DNA of 63,746 nt, filler included, from Globobulimina sp. (taxonomy: Eukaryota), in the NCBI GenBank assembly GCA_003354225.1. It is 23 parts of 23 records of this genome, joined end to end, with 100 filler letters (N's around TTAATTAATTAA, not from the genome) between each part and the next. Parts side by side here need not be neighbours in the genome. Positions count along the whole stretch, not along the records: positions 58,299 to 60,972 come from PIVH01005414.1; positions 61,073 to 63,746 come from PIVH01005415.1; 21 more parts are not named here. One strand, 5' to 3'. A program made the translations under genes and the position numbers. Within the stretch, counting starts at the first letter, position 1. Every line of letters starts with the position of its first letter. Under the pieces are notes generated by a model, which saw nothing but the letters and a program-made list of their open reading frames with translations, did no database searches and was not told the DNA's origin. Positions 59,435 through 63,746 of this stretch are shown in pieces.

Positions 59435-60063
59435 TAAGCTATTAATTGATTTGATTCTGACTCTGACTCTATTAATATTTCTCGATTAATATTCCGATAT
59501 CGATTGATAATAATTATAAATAATGGCAATAATAATATGGGATAAAGTATTAAGGGAATAGATAATGCAAATTGCACAGAATTCATTAATTTGTAGATTC
59601 GATATGTAAATACGTTGTTGGACGCAGCAGCTATTGATATCATTGCAACATAGGCACTCATAACGAATCCATATTCGTTTTTATTAAAGAAATCCACTAT
59701 ATACACTTTTAAAGTAACATTCAGCAATTCATTGCCCATTCCAATGATAATTCGCCCAGCACAGAGTGTTAAATAATTTCGGAAACCTGAAATGGCCGAA
59801 ATACTTACTAAGACACCACCGAATATTGTTACAATCCAAGCAATAAAAAACGTTTTATTTAGGCCTATTTTATCGATTATAATGCCACAAAATAACAATA
59901 ACACTGCATTTGGCCAGGAATATAATGATTGTAATAGATTGTAATTCACCGCATTTATGTCATAATAGGAACTTAATTGATCTTGTATTGGGATTAATAT
60001 GTACCGATTTACAGTGTAACCGATTTCTATGAGACAAACAGCAATTAAGATCAGCCATTGCAT
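59434..60063 (-). pseudogene. MFS transporter (MFSD1-like) N-terminal half, truncated at the retroelement junction
   Basis: YNLLQSLYSWPNAVL..FCGIIIDKIG and GRIIIGMGNE are present, but there are only about 6 TMs. The stop codon directly abuts the RNase H-containing ORF. Confidence 0.65.
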
Positions 60064-60198
60064 GACCACTTTTAAAAGTTCCTTCGAGCTCTGCTAAAAT
60101 GCAAGTTTTCGTGAGCTAAAAGTTCTTTTATTTGCTTCTTTCTGAAAACCAATGTTTCCAGCTCAAAAATTAACACAGAAATAAGGCAATGATTTAAT

Positions 60199-60972
60199 TT
60201 ACTCTAAATTTTGCAAGATTGTTTGCAAACGCATTTTCCAGTGATTTCCAGTGTGTACTTCAACAATATGCACATATTCAACAACAACAAATAAAGCCAT
60301 TAATCGTATCACAGAATCTGGAACAAATGTGTTCTCACAGAATTCTGTTAATTTCCAAATGCTTCGAATATATCCAAACACCAAACGTTCCAATTCCAAT
60401 TCATTTCCATTCAAACAAACACAAACACAATCATTTGTAGCTGGAATTACAATTTTGCTTTTTTTAAATTGCATCGTTTCTATATTTAAAATATTAATAT
60501 TCAGATTTTTACCAAATTCATTCCACTTTTTAGTATCTCCGTGACTCTCCACTACAACAACTTTTTCATCAATACTTAAAGCACTGCACATTGCTGCTGA
60601 CATAAAAGTGGTTCCAATATCAATCTTTTTGACTAATTTATATTTTCTTTGTTTAATATCACATAAATATACATTTATATTACATTCATATTTAACAACC
60701 TCCAAACATAAGACAGTGTTTCTGGATTTGAGATGAAACAATTTACTGTTTCTAGCGTACATCTGATTGTTGAGTGCAAATCGTTCATCAAATACATTTT
60801 CTATATCATTCCAAATCAACTGTTCTTGATCACAAATTACATGCAATTCACCATTAATAAACAAAGCGGAATGATGTGGCTCAACATCAATATCTTTAAC
60901 AGTTAATACTTTGTTGCTCTTTATATCAATTTTAAACATAGTTTGATCAGATAGGACATATAATTTTTGGTT
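60199..60972 (-). CDS. Divergent Kelch-like propeller protein with a C-terminal LVFGYIR box (5' partial)
   Basis: Blade-like segments are followed by LERLVFGYIRSIW...FVPDSVIRLMALFVVVEYVHIV..GNHWKMRLQTIL. Confidence 0.6.
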   Translation of the reverse strand, partial: NQKLYVLSDQTMFKIDIKSNKVLTVKDIDVEPHHSALFINGELHVICDQEQLIWNDIENVFDERFALNNQMYARNSKLFHLKSRNTVLCLEVVKYECNINVYLCDIKQRKYKLVKKIDIGTTFMSAAMCSALSIDEKVVVVESHGDTKKWNEFGKNLNINILNIETMQFKKSKIVIPATNDCVCVCLNGNELELERLVFGYIRSIWKLTEFCENTFVPDSVIRLMALFVVVEYVHIVEVHTGNHWKMRLQTILQNLE

Positions 60973-61438
60973 NNNNNNNNNNNNNNNNNNNNNNNNNNNN
61001 NNNNNNNNNNNNNNNNTTAATTAATTAANNNNNNNNNNNNNNNNNNNNNNNNNNNNNNNNNNNNNNNNNNNNTATTTCACTGCAACTGTTTTTTCGATTA
61101 TTTTCTCTGCAAATTCTTATTATTAATGTATGGATTGACATTGCATTTATTAATCGTTATATTTTAAAATGTGTCTGGCGAAGTTGGTGGGGCACGTTCC
61201 CGGCGTTTCGCTGTTAAACTGGTTGCAAAAATCATTGTTGACTTTAGAACTATCTTTTTGTTCGGACTTAAATTCATAATTTTTCACTTATCCAACACAA
61301 AAAAAAGCATATAAAAATAATCCCCAATGCGATTATCCACTATATATAGTTGACAACATTTTCAAAAATCAAGTGAAGAATAATGATGACTAAGCTAACA
61401 ACCAGAAAAACAAAAACAGCGTCAGAAAAATGGAGAAA

Positions 61439-63264
61439 TTATGATAACAGAATAACCAAAACAGAGGAAAATATGGTTAAATGAATGAATTGATGTGGTA
61501 ACGTCATTGAGGATATATAGTTTACAAAAGGAAATAATACATTCTGTTCCGAATACACATATATTACCAAAAACGAAAGCAATTCGTACATGTTTGATAA
61601 TATCATATATCTCAAAACAGCATCATACTGTCTATCATATAAATAAACAACGTGGAAATCTTTCTCATTCACTGATATTAAGATTAATGTTTGTGTTAAA
61701 GTGCTAAGTATCGATGCATAAAATCGTAATACAATATCCATTGAACATCTGTAATTAGTCACAAATTATGTTTCATATATTGTTTATTTTGAATTGATAT
61801 CGTTAATTTTTAATTTATTTTCAAAATAAACAATATATGCAACCTATTTTTCCATTGTTGTTGAGTTGAATTATCGTCAAATAAATCGGATAAAAAACAC
61901 TTGTTCTCAATCTCATCCATAAACTGTTTGGTAATATGATAATATGAATTAAATAGTTTACACGTTAACGGCAATTCAAACAACGCGTGCAATGATAACA
62001 AAACTAAATAAACTGAAATATTTGGAGTGTAGTACGCTGTTACAAATCTAAACAAAATATAGTATGTCAGGCAACAATACCATTCCATTAAATATTCAAT
62101 GGACACAAAACAATTATATCTATCTTTCAAATGAATCAATTCATCACATTTTCGACCAATCCGCGTTAAAATACATTGAAAAATGAACACCATAAATCTC
62201 ATCAATATGAATATAATAAAAACATTATCCATAAATAAATCATACTTTAAATCCATATAAATCTCCAGCAAAACTAAAAAAAACGCATAGCACGATGTGA
62301 ATAACAGAGCATAACACATTGCGATGGAACCAGTGTATTTATCATGTTTCTGATTGTTTGCCGGCGGAAGAGATATTTTTGATAATTTTGATTGACTGGA
62401 TTTAGAAACAGTTAATTCGACAATGGGCGACATGTTGCTATCATTGAAATGATGATCAAATGGTAACAGATGATATTGATTTGATTGCGACATTTTAACT
62501 ATTTTGTCATTTGATGATGTGTCAACTGAACTATTTCTTGATTTCGTTCCAGTGATTGTGTCTTTAAAAATTTTAGCAAAATCTACAATGTGATTGATTT
62601 GCTGTGGTGGTTGGTTCCGTGTTGATTCGCTGGGATAATTATTATATGTCACCTCCAATTGAGCTGGACAGCATATTATCGACATTGTGTACCATGTAAT
62701 AATACCAACCGACGGAGCAATACAGGGAATCAGAAAATGATTGATCACAAAAATTAAATTTATATGTGAACATTCCAGTATTTTACAATTAAGTTCTAAT
62801 GTACTAAAAGCAATATTGTACGCTGTAAAGTACAATATTAAATATGGAATCATGCCAACGAATGTTAATAATAATAGTATAAAAATCATAAACAACATGT
62901 ATTGGCAACATTTATTATGAAGTGTTGAGCCAATAATTAATAAATAACAAATAGCATTGCGAGTCATTGCAGAGGTCAACAATATGATAATAGAAACGTT
63001 GAAAATTGTAATAAACAGCATGTACAATAAATTGTACACAAACTGTATTGTATTTGAATCATGGAAATGTTGGTTATGATAATATCCATAATCAATCAAT
63101 AACCTCCATACAAGCAACAGAACGGAATATATCATAATTATGGTTGTGTAAAATATGAACTTGCAAAATACTACAAATTGAGACCCAACAACGTCATCCG
63201 GATAGTGTCTAGCAATGGAAAAAAAGTGTTTGTAGTTGCCATTAGAAGTTGGGAACGATGGCAT
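61439..63264 (-). CDS. Multi-pass membrane protein of unknown function, probable intron near 61760-61850
   Basis: ORFs 61810-63327 and 61439-61762 are same-strand and hydrophobic. The likely start is ATG 63264 (MPSFPT). Confidence 0.65.
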
Positions 63265-63301
63265 GTTTTTTCTCAGTTTTTTTTTTTTTGCTTTACTGTC
63301 C

Positions 63302-63746
63302 ATGTCAACGTCCCTGTATTTTGTCATATGTTCATGGTTGAGTGTTTATTTAACAGCAAGTGATTGTAGATTTGCTAAAAAGTATAGCATATCTGACATA
63401 TTAAGTAATGAAGCAATTCGAGAGCAATTTATGGAAGATTATTTTCTATGGGAAAACAATTTTACCCAACCAGGCATTGGATTTGATGCGAATACAAGTA
63501 TGACATTTGATGGATGTAACTTAAATACTGAAACAGGAACAAAACTGGAAAATCGTGCAAACTCCGCTGCATCAAAAGAATCAATTCATTTAATGTTCAT
63601 TGCGCATTCTTTGAACGATTCTAATTTTAAACCAGCGGCAACCGCTGGACCATTTGTAAAGAAATTAGTTGTTATTTACATTCAATTTTTATTTTCTTTA
63701 ATACAAATTGTGTTAATCACATTCATATTTTACGAATATTTAATTT
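63302..63746 (+). CDS. Secreted endo-beta-1,2-glucanase-like protein (GH162 family), N-terminal part; absent from the ORF track
   Basis: Manual translation gives MSTSLYFVICSWLSVYLTA-SDCRFAKKYS...YFLWENNFTQPGIGFDANTSMTFDGCNLNTETG...SAASKESIHLM. As recalled, this matches the fungal GH162 N-terminus (CRFA..Y, WEGKF.Q, MSYDG, SAASKESL). Confidence 0.78.
   Translation, partial: MSTSLYFVICSWLSVYLTASDCRFAKKYSISDILSNEAIREQFMEDYFLWENNFTQPGIGFDANTSMTFDGCNLNTETGTKLENRANSAASKESIHLMFIAHSLNDSNFKPAATAGPFVKKLVVIYIQFLFSLIQIVLITFIFYEYLI

Noticed and set aside
2679-61072. Regularly spaced TTAATTAATTAA motif every ~2.78 kb, superficially like a repeat array or nanochromosome ends
   Set aside because: It is always flanked by exactly 44 N on each side, and the contigs are length-sorted. 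It is a concatenation linker, so no cross-contig gene cluster or operon can be inferred.

Overview
This window is not one locus. It is 23 unrelated short contigs (2678 down to 2674 bp, sorted by decreasing length) joined by an artificial 100-bp spacer (44 N + TTAATTAATTAA + 44 N, with stops in all six frames). Gene neighbourhood is therefore meaningful only within a contig. The DNA is from an AT-rich, very gene-dense eukaryote with short GT-AG introns (about 43-106 nt). The expanded gene families suggest a rhizarian protist, most likely a foraminiferan, but this is inference. Housekeeping genes include V-ATPase subunit A, glutamate-cysteine ligase, an M3/MIP peptidase, a kynurenine-type aminotransferase, a choline transporter-like protein, a DOA10/MARCH6-like E3 ligase, archaemetzincin, an SDR, a fatty-acid hydroxylase, an RCC1-repeat protein and an ApaH-like phosphatase. 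The most interesting signals are: (i) a family seen on three contigs with a His/Cys module and a degenerate ADP-ribosyltransferase-like domain fused to PH, MATH or WW domains; (ii) a recurrent 'LLVxG(Y/F)(I/V)R' helical box on three beta-propeller proteins; (iii) an intron-containing penicillin/AHL-acylase-family gene; (iv) a secreted GH162-like beta-1,2-glucanase and an ApaH-like gene, both missed by the ORF track; (v) head-to-head 7TM-RGS paralogues; (vi) an exon-modular Cys-rich surface protein; and (vii) several mobile-element traces: a LINE RNase H truncating an MFS gene, a hAT relic, a MITE-like element with terminal inverted repeats (TIRs), and perfect palindromes. No rRNA, tRNA or CRISPR array was found. 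All homology calls rest on motif recognition by eye, not database searches.
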